Origin: Podarcis filfolensis | Lineage: Eukaryota | Assembly (NCBI GenBank): GCA_964270895.1 | Contig: OZ185450.1 | Reading direction: 5' to 3' (one strand) | DNA: 64,000 bases | Part shown: positions 1-13,136 of the stretch, in pieces | Numbering within the stretch: the first letter of the stretch is position 1 | Layout: each line of letters starts with the position of its first letter | Translations under genes and position numbers: made by a program | The notes under the pieces: generated by a model | What the model was told of the DNA's origin: nothing | The model's database searches: none | Seen by the model: only the letters and a program-made list of their open reading frames with translations

Positions 1-114
1 ACACATTTGGGTTCCGAAAAACATTCGAAAACGGAAGCATTTACTTCCTGGTTTTCGGCGTTCGAGAACTGAAACGTATGACAACGGAGGCGTTTGGGAA
101 CCAAGGTACCACTG
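1..114. mobile_element. Right end of a TA-flanked Tc1/mariner-pogo (Tigger-like) MITE, cut by the window edge
   Basis: Ends in AAGGTACCACTG followed by TA (115-116). The reverse complement aligns by eye with the element at 16225-16427 (shared TCGAACGCCGA-AACC-GGAAGT-AATGCTT). Confidence 0.75.
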
Positions 115-2062
115 TACTTGTTTCCTGAGACTCATTGCAACCCACCAACAGCCATGTGTGATAACTTTCCAAGAGCTTGGGAAACTTCCTGGTTTTGCTC
201 TCTGCCTGCATAGGGAAGAACACAGCACATCAAGCAAATGTGAGGCCACAATTTGTAGCCACTGAACTCAATGGATTGAACATGGATTGGTGATGGTTTC
301 CTTTCAGTGCTGTGTTTAGTTGCACAGTATAATAATTCAGCCCTTGCTTGGAATCTAATGGCTAACTGCAGTTACGTCTTGTAGTAATACATTCCATAGC
401 CTCCAGAGTGGAGTGGTTAGAAAACCTTCCCTAAACTGGTGCCTTCCAAATGCCTTTGATTCCCAACTCACACCAGCCACTATGGCCCAATGGGGAGGGA
501 TGATGGGAGTTGTAGTTCAAAACAGAAAAGAAAAAAAGAGAGAGAAAATAATATAAAGTCTGAGAATCAAAACAAAGTCAATGAGACAGTAACGAAAACA
601 GCAGCAATATCTCAAATCCAAAATGCACAGCAGGAAGATGCTGATAGTATACCATATAAAACCCCATAACAGCATTAGGTTCAGATCCACTCCAAAGGCT
701 TCCATCCAAATGTTCTCTCATTGGTCAAACTTATGGGGTTTCCTGTCCCCCCCCAATTTCTGGAAGCCTAACTAGAGTTGAAGGAGTCTTTTTGTCTGCT
801 CAAAGGGTCTAGTTGAATGGTGGACCATCCACTGGTTGTGTTTTGCTAAAGACTTAATCAGCTACCCGTGTGTTAGTGGAATGATGCCCGTAACTCCTAA
901 ATCAACTGCCACTTCAAAAATGCATCCCTGAGGGATGGAGCCAGAAACATATTTCAGCTTTGCCTGGGCTTCTTCATAGCTGGAAGTCAACCATGTTAAG
1001 ATAGAACTGTCAAAGGTATGGCTAAGAAGAACTGTGAGAAAGTCCTGAAAAGTTGGTATCTGGTTGGGAAAATTTCCTGAGGAAATTGGAAAGAATGTTG
1101 ATGAAGAGGGTAGTTGAGTTCAGAGCCCACTATTGTTTTGGTCTCAGTTATTCCCTTGAGTTGGCTATCTTAGCCTCCTGATTGATTTAAAAATGTGGTG
1201 GGCCGAAGTTGCATCTCTGAAAGAAGCTCCAGTTAATGCTTTTGCTCAGATAAAAGCTATTGCCTCTCTATCTCACAAATCTCACCTTCTTCAGATGATA
1301 AATTCTTTGTGCCTGTGACCTTAAAAACCAAGAAACCCTCTAAATCGCTAAGTACTTGTCTGAGCCTCAAGTCATGTGTCTGACCAAGGTTGGGGAGATG
1401 AATTATTGTCACCTTTATTCTTTTGCTTTCAGATTACACTTCACCCGCTAGATCATTCAGTATAAGCAAAAGAACATCCCACAGTCAGTTCTTCAGATTT
1501 TTGACAGAAGATGGCAGTTTCTTTTTATACAAACTGGAATTATTGTGGTACAAGCTTAAAACCACCAGTGACATTGGACTCATGTCTACTAGGACTGGGC
1601 TGTTGTGTTCTGTAACCAGTTTCCCTGTAAAGCCTGTTAGCTGGTTCTGCATATACTAGATACTAGACCATTCCTGCTGTTCTTAGACATTCTTGACAAA
1701 TGAGGGTCTCATCCTTTTCTGAGTCATCTTTCCACCATTTCCAAGTTTTCCTGGTCTTGTCAGCCAAACAGATAAGACTGATCCATGTTGGCAAGACAAT
1801 GTTTGTAACCTCTGTAATGGTGTAGAAAAACTATAGTTTCTGTCATCTCTAAGGTGAACTGGAATTTGATCAGCAGGGTTTGAAAAGCCTTTTGTATGTA
1901 GCCAAAAGCTCAATGGAAGCGCTTTGGGAAATGGGTGAGCCACTTTGGACTTAATGGCCAAACCAAAGTATGGCTGTTAAGTTGGAACTTCTTTTTCTAG
2001 CAATCTCTTCCTCCAATTTCTTATTCCTTCCTTAAATTTCTGGTTTGTAGACTAAGTATATA

Positions 2063-2600
2063 TTGAAAGGCGAATCTACCAAATTTGCACTTTCCCAAAT
2101 AATATGCAAACTGAAACACAGGAGTCTTTCAAAATTTGCATTCTCTAAATTTTGTAGTGTGGTTTTTCAGCAAAGTAATATGTACAAAAATGTGAATACT
2201 AGGATGAAATACGTATAGAAATGCACACACACACACATACATTTTTTTATTCAATCTTTATTATTTTTAAAAATGTGCATTTATACAACATTTATACAAC
2301 ACTCTGTTTTTGTTTGTAACAAAAAAGAAAATGATGGCAACTGAAGCAAAGATACTTTGTATACCTCACAATACACATGACACTACAATTTATGAAAAAA
2401 TAATAAATAAATAAATAAAATAAAATAAAGAAGAAGAAAAAGTAGTTGAGGATTTAAAAAAGACTTCCAAACATTCTCATTGTATGTTATCTGTTAAGTA
2501 CACTTTTACCACACAGAAATGCATATATTAGTGAAAAATAGCATACAAAAATGTAGTCTGCTTGTAATTCTGTTTTCTTCAGAAATTTTTGCATTTACTA
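2063..2600. mobile_element. Decayed non-autonomous DNA-transposon-like lizard repeat, interrupted by an L1-type tail
   Basis: AT-rich AAATTTGCA / ACAAAAATG / AAATGCATATATTAG modules recur at about 11880-12010 and 34380-34618, where the copy ends ATCCCTA. Family assignment is from recall of lacertid repeats, not from a search. Confidence 0.45.
2243..2500 (-). mobile_element. 5'-truncated LINE (L1-type) 3'UTR with A-tail
   Basis: The minus strand reads as a T-rich UTR, then AATAAA, then an A-run ending near 2243. Composition resembles the L1 tail at 38059-38245. No clear TSD. Confidence 0.5.
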
Positions 2601-3344
2601 CTTGGGACAGACTTGGAAACACATCCTGGTTTGGCGTGGCACAAAGCTATTTTCAGTCCTTATTTCCCCAAGCTCTTGCAAGATGACCTTGGGTGTTTTG
2701 TCCAGCAGGGAAACTTTCTTGCCATCTTCCATTTTTTACATCTCTCCCCCCCCCCAACAAGTTTGGATGTTTTATGAAATGGAGAGTCATAGATACACGT
2801 TTAAGGGGATGAGATAAAAGAATAAAAGCCAAACTGTTCCTTTTATTGAACTTTTTTTGGTGTGTGCCAGGAGAACTGTAACACACAGCCAAAGAATAGA
2901 AGGGAAGGAGGGAAAAAAATCCGGAAATAATTAAATGCCAGGGCTGCTGGTTGTATAGTGCTCTATTCAGCTGTCTGCCCACAAAGTGCTTCCAGAGAAA
3001 TTTGGAGCCAGTTCCTTACTTGGCAAACATTGTTTGCCTTTTTTACATTTTTCTTTAAAATCATTTTCAGTGACCATCTCCAGCTGAAAATACCCTCTTC
3101 AGACAAGGAAGTCTATTTAAGGCCCTGTCAATCATAGAACGATGACTTGTGATAATAACCTACATTGTTAAGTCACATTAAAAAGAAAAGCTGTGAAATA
3201 AGCAGCACATCTTTTGTACTTGGGATTGTGGAGGTGGGCCAGTGTCACGAGTGCACAGCTCCTCCTGGAAGAAAGGAAGAGTTTTTGGCCTTTGGGTGTG
3301 AGTGTAAACCACACTACTTGCTCACACAGTGGCTGCGCTACGTA

Positions 3345-4036
3345 CAGTGGTGCCCCACAAGACGAATGCCTCGCAAGACGGAAAACTCGCTAGACAAAAG
3401 GGTTTTCCGTTTTTTGAGCTGCTTCGCAAGACGAATTTCCCTATGGGCTTGCTTCGCAAGACGAAAACGTCTTGCAAGTTTGTTTCCTTTTTCTTAACAC
3501 CGTTAATACAGTTGCGACTTGACTTCGAGGAGCAACTCATAGAACGCAGTGTACATAGTAGCCTTTTTTGAGGTTTTTTAAGACTTTGGTGATTTTTGAA
3601 GCTTTTCCAAAACTTCTTTTGCAGCCATTTGGTAAGTTAAGCTTTTAAAACTTTTTTGGGGGGTTTTGTATTTTGGGTTGGGGTGTTTGCAATTCAAGGA
3701 CTTGGTGTTGGGGAGGGGTTTGCAAGAATCTGGAAGCTTGTGTGTTTTTTTCTGCATTTTTCTGATTTTTTGTGACCATTGGGCCACTCTGCTGTTTAAA
3801 AAAAATATTCTGGGTTTGAGTTTTGAAATGCTCTTTACAGTATGTGTGACTTTAAAGAGCACTTAATAAACTCTTGTTGTACCAAATTTGGCTTTGTTTG
3901 GACTTTTTTTGACCACAGGAACGCATTAATTGATTTTCAATGCATTCCTATGGGATTTCGTGCTTCGCAAGATGAAAAATTCGCTAGACGAAAAAATTCG
4001 CGGAACGAATTAATTTTGTCTTGCGAGGCACCACTG
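3345..4036. mobile_element. 692-bp non-autonomous pogo/Tigger-like DNA transposon
   Basis: Imperfect TIRs CAGTGGTGCC(C/T)C(A/G)CAAGAC, TA on both sides (3343-44, 4037-38), repeated GCAAGACG motifs, no transposase ORF. Confidence 0.85.
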
Positions 4037-7000
4037 TATTGTCTATGAGTTTGGGAGTGAAATAGCTGGAGAAGCAACTTACCTGTTCGTTAACACAGTC
4101 AGATTCTTACAGAGTTGCCCGTCATTGGTAGCATTAATGCAGGCTCAATGCACATTCTTATGCTTCCGCTTTATGTCGCTGTAATTAGTTCCATCCCTTT
4201 CTCTAGTATCCATTTTGGGACAAAAGGTGGGGTTTGAGAATGGGGGCAATTCTGAGTGATTCTGAGATGTTTACATCTGAATGACAAGCATGTCTCTATG
4301 AGCTAGGAGCCTCAGTTGTTGTTGTTGATGATTTATTTTAAAGGAACTCTTTACTTCTATATACATTTTCCCCCCACTGTGAGGCTTTTTGAACCATGTG
4401 GTATTTCTATTCTGTCAATTCCATGTTTTTGTGGAGGAAGGGAAACTACTTTTTGTATTTTGGTTGGCATATGGCGAAGGTGAAGTTGACTGCTTTTAAC
4501 AGGCTGGATGGTGCTTTTCAGTTCAGTGACTGGGACTTACTTACTTTTAAAGATGCCATAAGATAGGGATACTTAGGGAAATTGGATCTTTGCAAATCCT
4601 GAGTCCCCGGGGAACATTTCCCCCAATTTATCTAACACCCCCACCCCCATTGTGCAGCTTGGAACTTAGTGATCCACTGGGTTTTACACTTCCCAAATAT
4701 TTTGATGTAAGTCTCAGCTCAAAAATGTATTAAAATGTGTGTATGTGTATTTACTTATTTATATGTGTATTCAGATGCACATTTTTTGTGGATTAAAAGA
4801 ATGATTGGTGGAGTAATGTGGAAATTAATGTGGTTTCCAACCCCCTCCCCCGACACTTTCTGCTCAAAAACTCACATTTTAACTCTGAATCAAAGCAAAC
4901 AGCAATTCATGGAAAACCTGAATTGCCGTTTGCTCCAGTTCAGTGGTAAAGATTGGGTGTTCCTGGGAAAGTGGCGTGGCAAAACAAAAAGCGCAGATAC
5001 ATGGACTGCGAAAGCGTGGACCTGTGTCTAGAAAGGGCGGGACAAAATGTAAGTATGGATGAGCCCTAAATTGTAGTAGTATGGGATTACAGTCCACAAT
5101 TTTATTGATTACAGATGTCAGTGGTTATGGTGTAGGCACTTGGCATATATAATGTAACCAAGCAGCCTGCCTGCTTGTTGATGATTGGCAGGATTGACCA
5201 CGGTTAAGGATCGCCCTATGATGTGCATCAGTTCTGGGCAACCCCCATGATCACCATTCAGGAAGGCTATGGTCTGTCAACCCCAAGCTCCTCCCCCAGG
5301 CTCCCTTTAAGGGGATAGCTTGCTACTGCAGTGTGTCCCACCCCCACCCCCACTTAGAACTAAGGAGCCACCACAATGCCTTATCCACCATTAAGTTGTG
5401 ACTTTTGTTATGGGGCAGGCAAAAGCCTCCAGGCTGGCCAAATGTCCTGAAAGGAAAATTCCTCACTGACCCCTAAAACTGTGACTTAAGCACTTTGATA
5501 GCAAGGCACACAGAAGCTAACCCTCTTGCACCTGGGCAGCTGCCAGACATCAAATAAAGGGGAGAATGAGGCTATGGCTCGCGTCCAGCTGGTTTTTATC
5601 TATAGGGAGCAGATGAGAGAGAAGACCATGAGACCAAAGTCTCCTCTCTAGCCCACTCCCCAAGTCACACCCCTGGATTCCACCACAGTTGGCTGCTCCA
5701 CATGTGGGAGAGTCCCAGCAATCAGTATAATCAGTGGCGGAGGAAGGGAATCTCCTCCGTGCCCTGCTACTGGCGCATATTGCAGGAGGGAGGCCTGTCT
5801 GCCATGGCTGAGCTGCAACCGCTGCTTCCCCAAATTCAGGTAAGTGGGCTTTCTGGATACTATGCGCTAGGGAACAACAGCTAGTGAAGGCAGTTGTCTT
5901 CGTGTCCTACCTGTGGGCCTTTACATTCTTACACATTTGACTTCTTAGTCCTCAAGTTCCTACATCTACATCCCATGTTGGTACCTTGTGATGCTTGTCT
6001 AAGGAAGCCTGTGCAACTCACTATATTGTGTATTGCTACAATAAAATTTGGCCCACTGAATCATCTGGAAACACTTGATACTGTTGAATTTTTACAACTA
6101 ACGAGATATCGACTTTGTGACTAGAGGGAAGATTTCTGGGAGTCCCACATCAACCACCCTGGATTTTCTCGGAACAAATACAACACAATAAATGGACACA
6201 GATAAAACCAGGTCTGAAATAAGGGATCAGTCCCTCCCCCTTTCTATCCCTTTCTGAGAAAAGACATTTAGATACTCCTGTTGTATGTTGTGCAATCTGA
6301 AATCCTGCCTGGTTTTTGCGTATCTGTTTTTGGCCAGCAAAATGGCTGCTTGTTTTCTTTGTTTTAAAAATGTGCCCTTACACAGTCTGGCGTGTCTCAG
6401 CAGGCTGCGTTGTTCTGTGTAGGAGTGGAGATTGCAGTACAGTATACACTTTAGACAACAGTCACCACTTGGACAGCTCCAAGAACATCCTATGAAACTT
6501 TGTAACGAACAGCAGTGCGAGGCTGGTGTATAAAGGGACTTGTTTCTCCACCCTCCTCCCGTCAACATTTTTTGCCTGAACTCTCTCCTTTGCATATCGA
6601 CCCTGAACAGAAGGAATCCTTGATTTTTCTTTTGATGGAGTTCATAAACTTGCAATTAAGGACAGTGCTGTTAAATGCTGATTGTGGCAGAGGGGGCTAT
6701 GGAGCACAAAGGCAGGCCTTGTTTGGGCCATTGTTTCTGTCCTCAATGTCAGTTTCCTTAGCTTTGTGGAGGACTTGGCTTACAGCTTGTGCTTCGTGAT
6801 GTACCGAACACACAAGAGGCCCATTCTTTCCACCCAAACATTAATTACGGAGGCAAAATATGGAGGAGAGAGACATACTGATATCACGGCCTTGGAACAT
6901 TGCAGGCTCAATTTTGTTCCACCCCCTTTTTCTTCTGGTGACACAGAAAGCAAATTTCCAAATTTTCTGGGTCATGTTCTGGGATGCATATAGATTCAGT

Positions 7001-10000
7001 GTGATGTAAAATCATGATATACACATTGGTAACAAGCAGAGGTCTACATCCCTAGCATAGTTGAGGCCCTTGTTTGACCTAACCAGGTTTCTGTGGGAAG
7101 TTGTGCTTCCTGTAGAGGAATTTGCTATGGAACAGATAATGAGACACTCAATACAGATATAGGAATTGAGCTACAAAGACACTTGGGCGTTGCACTGGTT
7201 ATGAGGCATAGTGAAGCTCCATGGCTCAGTGTTAGGAATTACTGGAAAAAGAAAGCAGCATGTTATATTTTGGTATCATTCATAAGTGTATCATACATGC
7301 TAAAATATAATATGCAGGACTTAAATATATATGAATTGCTGATTGCTCTAGCTCCACCTCCTCTCCTACTACCTCAGAGCTGTATTCTTTTGAGCATTCC
7401 AGAATTACAGTCTAGTGATACAAGCAGCTCTTTCCCAGCTGTTGCATTTCTGCACATGTGAACATGTGCAATTGAGTAATGATATGTAGCATGTTTGAAG
7501 CATTCAGAACACATTTACATTATCTCAGTTATCTTTATAACAGAAGGCATGACAGTGTTATTATCACTACCACATTGTAGACTGAAAGAGAACTGGTGTG
7601 GAGGAGGGCTGAGAAAACTCACTTATGACTACTTACAACAACACAATGCCAGATGTTTTGGACTGAATCTCCCATCAGCCCTTGTCAGCATGGCCAATGA
7701 ACAGAGATGATGGAAGTTCGAGTCTAGAGAGAACCCTATTGGCTGCTCAAACCTGAAAAAGTATATAGTTCTGTTATCTATCTAGCCCAATATAGCTTGT
7801 TTTGACTGGCAACAGCTCTCCAGGAGCTCAGAAGTCTTTGTGACCATGGTAAAATTTGAACTAGGGATTCCCTAGCTAGCCCATTCTCCTAGCTAGTATT
7901 CTGCCATACCAGCAAACCAGCGCAAGAAGGGAACATGGAGGTTAGGGTGTCATTGACCACCCAAAACAGCAGATATCGTGTATGTATGTGTCAGTGGTGG
8001 GGGAAGGTGAAAGAGCAGTGCAGTTGTCGATAGTTTTAGGCCCATTCAGTGGTAAGACCTTCTCAAGAAGTTGCATCCATGGAGAGGGAGCCATAGCTGT
8101 TAGAATCCTGCAGCAAAAGGTTCCAAGTTCTATCTCCAGGGTTTCAGGTTATACGGCAGAGAAAGGCTCTAGGATGCCACCAGCAGCCAAAAAAGCCACA
8201 TGAGACCATGTGTACCAGTGGTCTGAATTGACATAAGACAATGTTACATTTACTTATTTACCTTTTTAAAAAATACACCCCACTGTTCACTACATCCTTG
8301 TAGTAACTTTGGTGGCCTTATTTACATGGCTGCATCTGTATTCTGTTCTCTGTGGAAGCCACTCAAGCCTTCCTGCCTCATCTAGGGATGAGGCACCACA
8401 GCTGAAAAGGCCTTCAAGGGTCATGATCTGCCTCTTCAGAGGTGGGAAGCTTGGAGAAGAGCCTCTGACAATGACTTGAGGACACAGGCAGGTTAGTATC
8501 TGTGTTCAGAGAAGAATATGTTTATGCCTTACATGGTGTGGAAGTTGCCATCCAAGACCTCTGTCCTCAACCATAAAACACCAGGAGTCTCAAGCGAGCA
8601 CCTTGCTTGTTTTACCTACTGGGAATTTTCTCACAGCGCCAAGCCCTGCATCTCACAGCGTCCATGCCCTGCAGACCTACTGGGGCTGTCACTCCTGCCA
8701 CAAAAAACAACAAAACAACAAAAACAACACATTGTGGCTTGTGGGTGCCATGGGTTGGTGAATAGCAGCCTTGTACTGCAGGGGAAACAAGCCCTTTGTC
8801 TGGCATTGTTGAGATCATTCAGGCCTCTGCGGCTTGATTTGTGTGTTTTATATTCAGCATAAGTGACAGGGAGCTTGTGACAGTTGCACGGTGTCTAGGG
8901 CTGTCTGTTGAATATCAAATTGTTTGACATCAGCTGGAGCACCGCTGTGAAAATTGTCTGACAGATATAGGCCCTTTTGACCATGAAGGGTTTGGAGAGG
9001 GGTCATAGGTTAGAGGCATAAAGCAGTAAGAGACCTCCATTAAGGAATATGTCTGACCCAACATTAGGAAATCAGCCAGTGTTTGCTAATTATATCACTT
9101 CTTTAATAGAAGAAGGGATGAAAATCAGAGCATCTTCTTTGCCCTTTTTAAATTTTAAAATGTTCATCATGATAAACTGAAAATCTGCTTTCCATGGTTT
9201 GGCTTCCAGGATGCATCCAGACCGAACACCAAATCCTGTTTTGGTGTTACGAGAATGATCCTGAGATGTACCTAGGAAGCTGTCTTATACAGAGTCAAAC
9301 CATTGATTCATCTGTCTTGGCATTTTCATCACCAGACTGGATTTGTCTCTCCAGGATTTCAGACCAGAGTCTTTTTCAGCTTTTCCTGGGGATGCTGAAG
9401 GTTAAATCCGGGAGCTTCAGTATGCAAAGCATCAACTCTGGCTGTGTCTTGAGGGTTGTTTTTCCTTCTTTGGGGGCCTCTTTAGTTTGCGAGACAGTGC
9501 TGTACTGGTATAGTACACATCGATTTCCACTCACAGAGCACACTGTACCCTTGCTTATAACACCATTCCATGCTACATGCCACTGGAATAGAATAAAAAT
9601 CTTAAGTAATTGTTTCTCTTTTTTCATACAATTCTGCAGTTAAAGTGAATTGAAACTACCAATTCTCATTAACTTGCACAGGGGGGAAGTAGAGTTGGGA
9701 TCCAGAAATGAGGAATATTTGAAAGGTGTATTTCAACAAAGAAAATGTGCATTTAAAATACGTACAACAAGCTTCATATCTCTTTATGTGCTGGGTCTGC
9801 TTGGGTTGCCCAGCTTGTAGAGACCTTTTAAGCTCTCTGTCTTGCTCTGGCTCTCCTTGCTTTTTGCTCTTTTTTAAAGAACAGCTGATGCCCTATCACT
9901 TTTCTTTGTTGTTTCTCCTGGTACCCAAGTAGTTTGTTTGCTTTTGTTTTGTTTTTCATAGAAATTGAATCTAATGTATTCAGTTAATAAAAACCGCAGT

Positions 10001-10656
10001 CTATAGTTTTTAAAAATAACAATAATAATCTACATCAAAGATTCGCCTGGTGTTTCTTGAACTTTGGGGAATAAGACAGTAACTTTCTGCTTTTCAAAAA
10101 TAAATATGTATGTCTCATTCCATATATTGTCAAAACAGAATCCTCTTCTCTCTCTGATTGAAAATTACAGGAATGATAGCAGCCTGTGTTTGATTTCGTA
10201 GATCTTTGCTTCTGCTACTATACGTTATGTAAAACAGCAGTGTGCTAAGGTGCAAATAAAATTAGTAAGATCCTTCAGCGAATACAACATGAAATAAGAG
10301 TTACCATTGTCCAGTGCAAAGCAAATGCACTTTAGTAAGTCTTTATTCCCTTTTCTTCCATCCCAGCATCCCTGGTCAAATGTAGCAGCAAGTAGACTTC
10401 TTCATGCTCTCAGATTTGGAGAGCTGCTAGTAGGCAGAGTAGGTAACATTGGCCTAGATGGAGCAATGGTCTGATTTGTTATGGTAGCATTATGTGCATA
10501 AAAGGAAAAGTAGAAAGTATGGAAAGGGTGTCTTGAATGGATTATAAATGTGGAAGGGAGCCAAGTCCTCACCAGTCATTGTTGTGCATTATTTATGTGT
10601 GTCCCACAATCAGTTCCTAGAGACTGTCTTGTGTTAAGGGACTATCAAAGCAAATA

Positions 10657-10898
10657 CAGTGGTACCTCGGGTTAAGTACTTAATTCGTTCTGGAGGTCCG
10701 TTCTTAACCTGAAACTATTCTTAACCTGAAGCACCACTTTAGCTAATGGGGCCTCCCGCTGCTGCCGCGCTGCTGGAGCACAATTTCTGTTCTCATTCTG
10801 AAGCAAAATTTTTAACCTGAAGCACTATTTCTGGGTTAGCGGAGTCTGTAACCTGAAGTGTATGTAACCTGAAGCATATGTAACCCGAGGTACCACTG
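10657..10898. mobile_element. 242-bp pogo/Tigger-like MITE, copy 1
   Basis: 18-bp TIR CAGTGGTACCTCGGGTTA, TA TSD. Near-identical to the copies at 24757, 28652 and 54796. Confidence 0.92.
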
Positions 10899-11097
10899 TA
10901 AATAATGATGAGTTCTGGAGAACACGGAAGTGTGTTGCCCTTTTGTGACATTTTGGTTGGTCCCAATCAGGGGATTGCCTAGTTGTGGATTTTGAAGGTC
11001 TCCCCCCCCTTTAACAGTAAAGTAGTGTTGAGAGGGCTCACCTTGAGAGTAGTGGAATGGTATGATTAAAAACAAGTGACTTGTGCTTCTTCCATTG

Positions 11098-11180
11098 TAA
11101 CAATAACAATAACCATAACCATAACCATAACCATAACAATATTTATACCCCACCCATCTGGCTGGGTTTCCCCAGCCACT
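11098..11180 (-). mobile_element. Very short 3' end of an L2-like retroelement with an (ATAACC/ATAACA)n tail
   Basis: TTTATACCCCACCCATCTGGCTGGGTTTCCCCAGCCAC matches the same 3' terminus seen at 30865-30921 and about 45657-45770. Confidence 0.65.
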
Positions 11181-13113
11181 TTACATAGCTATTTAATAAT
11201 AATGTGTCTGTTAATGGTAAGAAATTGGAATAATTGCCTCAAAAAGTATTGGGCTGTGTATTTCACCTGTGAACATACCATGCCCTTACTCAAAGTAACT
11301 TTAGGTTCTCCTTCTGGTGATATTCTAGAAAGAGGTTGCTGCATTTTGAGAACCCTCATGGGAAATTTTTCTTCTGCTTCCAACAAGTGCCTCTGGTGGA
11401 TTAGTTGCTGAAACAATTTAAAGAGCTAAAAATGGAATGCTGCTTAAGATAACCCATTTTCTTTTGCATCTTTATTGCAAGTAGCAGAGGATGTTTATTT
11501 TGAAGTAGCAAAATTTAACTGACGATGAATGGCAAACTTTGTTCAATGCTTCCATTCTGTGGAAATGTGTATCATGTTGGATGTGCTGATATGGTTGAAT
11601 TATTGTGACCGTTTATTCCATTTACAGTATCTTTGCATCAACACCAGCTTATATCTTCTCTCCCTCACCCCCCCCCCCCCGGTAATACTTAGCCAGATGG
11701 AAAAAATATTACTTGGTGTGATGCCATGTTCCTATCCCCAGAGCGAATTTTTAACACTAAGAATTTCCATTTGTTCAAATTCTAATGCACAGTTTGTTTG
11801 ACCTTCATTGGTTAAATAAAAATGGCTGTTTCAGTTGTTGCCAATGCTCAGACATATATCTGTCATGTCCTATTTTGTGCAGAGTTTCTGAAAAAAAGTG
11901 AAAATTCTGCATTTAAATTTTGCAGATTTTGTACAGTTTTCATATGAATTACACAAATTTTTAATGCAGCTTTTTACATTAAATAAATATTTTTGTGTGA
12001 AAGTTTCGTGCTCTAAAACATGGATTACAAAATCTAGAGAAGTGTGTGATCTGACTATGAGTTGCATTCTGGTCCACAAACAATTTTGGGAGCAGTGGGT
12101 TGGGTTGGTTTGCTGCAAAAAGTGGACTGAATGAATTACTTTTTGAACCCTTCCTTGAGTAGTGTCACTACTTTCACCAAAGCTTCTCTTTGTATTCCGC
12201 TGATGCATCATTGTGTATTTTTTTATTTACGTTTTGCCCAAGCCCAAAGCTCTGGATTTCTGTTGAAAATTCATTGCAGGCATTATTCAGTTTCCATACT
12301 AGGTGTGCCTGATGTGCTGCATAAGCCTTTCTGTTGAGGATCCAAGCTAAGAAATTTGCCTTGGACTTCCTACTGCTCAGAGAAATAAAGCAACATAATT
12401 CCCTGCTTGCTGCTGTATGGTTAAACCCGCAAGGAAGCTGATAATGTGCTTGAAGGAAGGCTGCAACCAGTCTCTGCCATCAGAAACTGCTTATGAATAA
12501 GGAGAAAGAGAGCCTCATTGTTTGAGGGGAGTCCCCCTGTTTCATTACAATATCATTACTGATCTTGCAAACTACATAGACCAGTCTTTAATTGGCCATT
12601 GTTGGTAATTGTTCAGGAAGTTTCAATGGTAGCCCAACTCGAGGCAAACTTGGGGCAGCCCCCACCTGCCTCCAGTAATTTCCAGGCTGGGCTCCTTCAG
12701 TGCATTCTGCATGGGTTGCTCTTGAAGACCATTTGCACATTTCAGAATGGTTCAAAATGAGTACTGAAACAGCTGCACCAGCTGCCACATTGTTTCTAGA
12801 CTCTACTCAAGGTACTGGTGTTGACGATGAATGTCTTAGGTTGCTTTTGATCAGATTTCTTAGGTAAAGTCTTGTTCCAAATGAACCAAACCTCCTTGGG
12901 CATTGAATAGGGCACCACAGGGCTCTGTAGATGCCCCTCTTGCCTCAGCACATGGGCAAAGCCTTTTCGGCATTGGCACCTCACTAGTAAATGCTTTTTT
13001 TTCTTTTGAGAATTGCACTGTTGACACGCTTCTAAGATTCAGAAAACACATGGAAAAGTTCTTTTAAGCCTTCAATATAGAGTTGTGAGGGTGGTTTTTT
13101 AAAAATAATAATT

Positions 13114-13136
13114 ACACACACACACACACACACACA
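13114..13136. repeat. (AC)n microsatellite
   Basis: Read directly from the sequence. Confidence 0.95.

Noticed and set aside
1433-1550. Possible exon after the acceptor TTTTGCTTTCAG (DYTSPARSFSISK...)
   Set aside because: The acceptor is good but there is no convincing donor and the peptide is not recognisable.
7150-7290. Faint CR1 RT-like peptide (QRHLGVALV...KKKAACYIL)
   Set aside because: Similarity is too weak to call by eye.
10836-11411. ORFs with GYGYGY or ITITIT repeats
   Set aside because: They are translations of the (ATAACC)n microsatellite plus MITE sequence.
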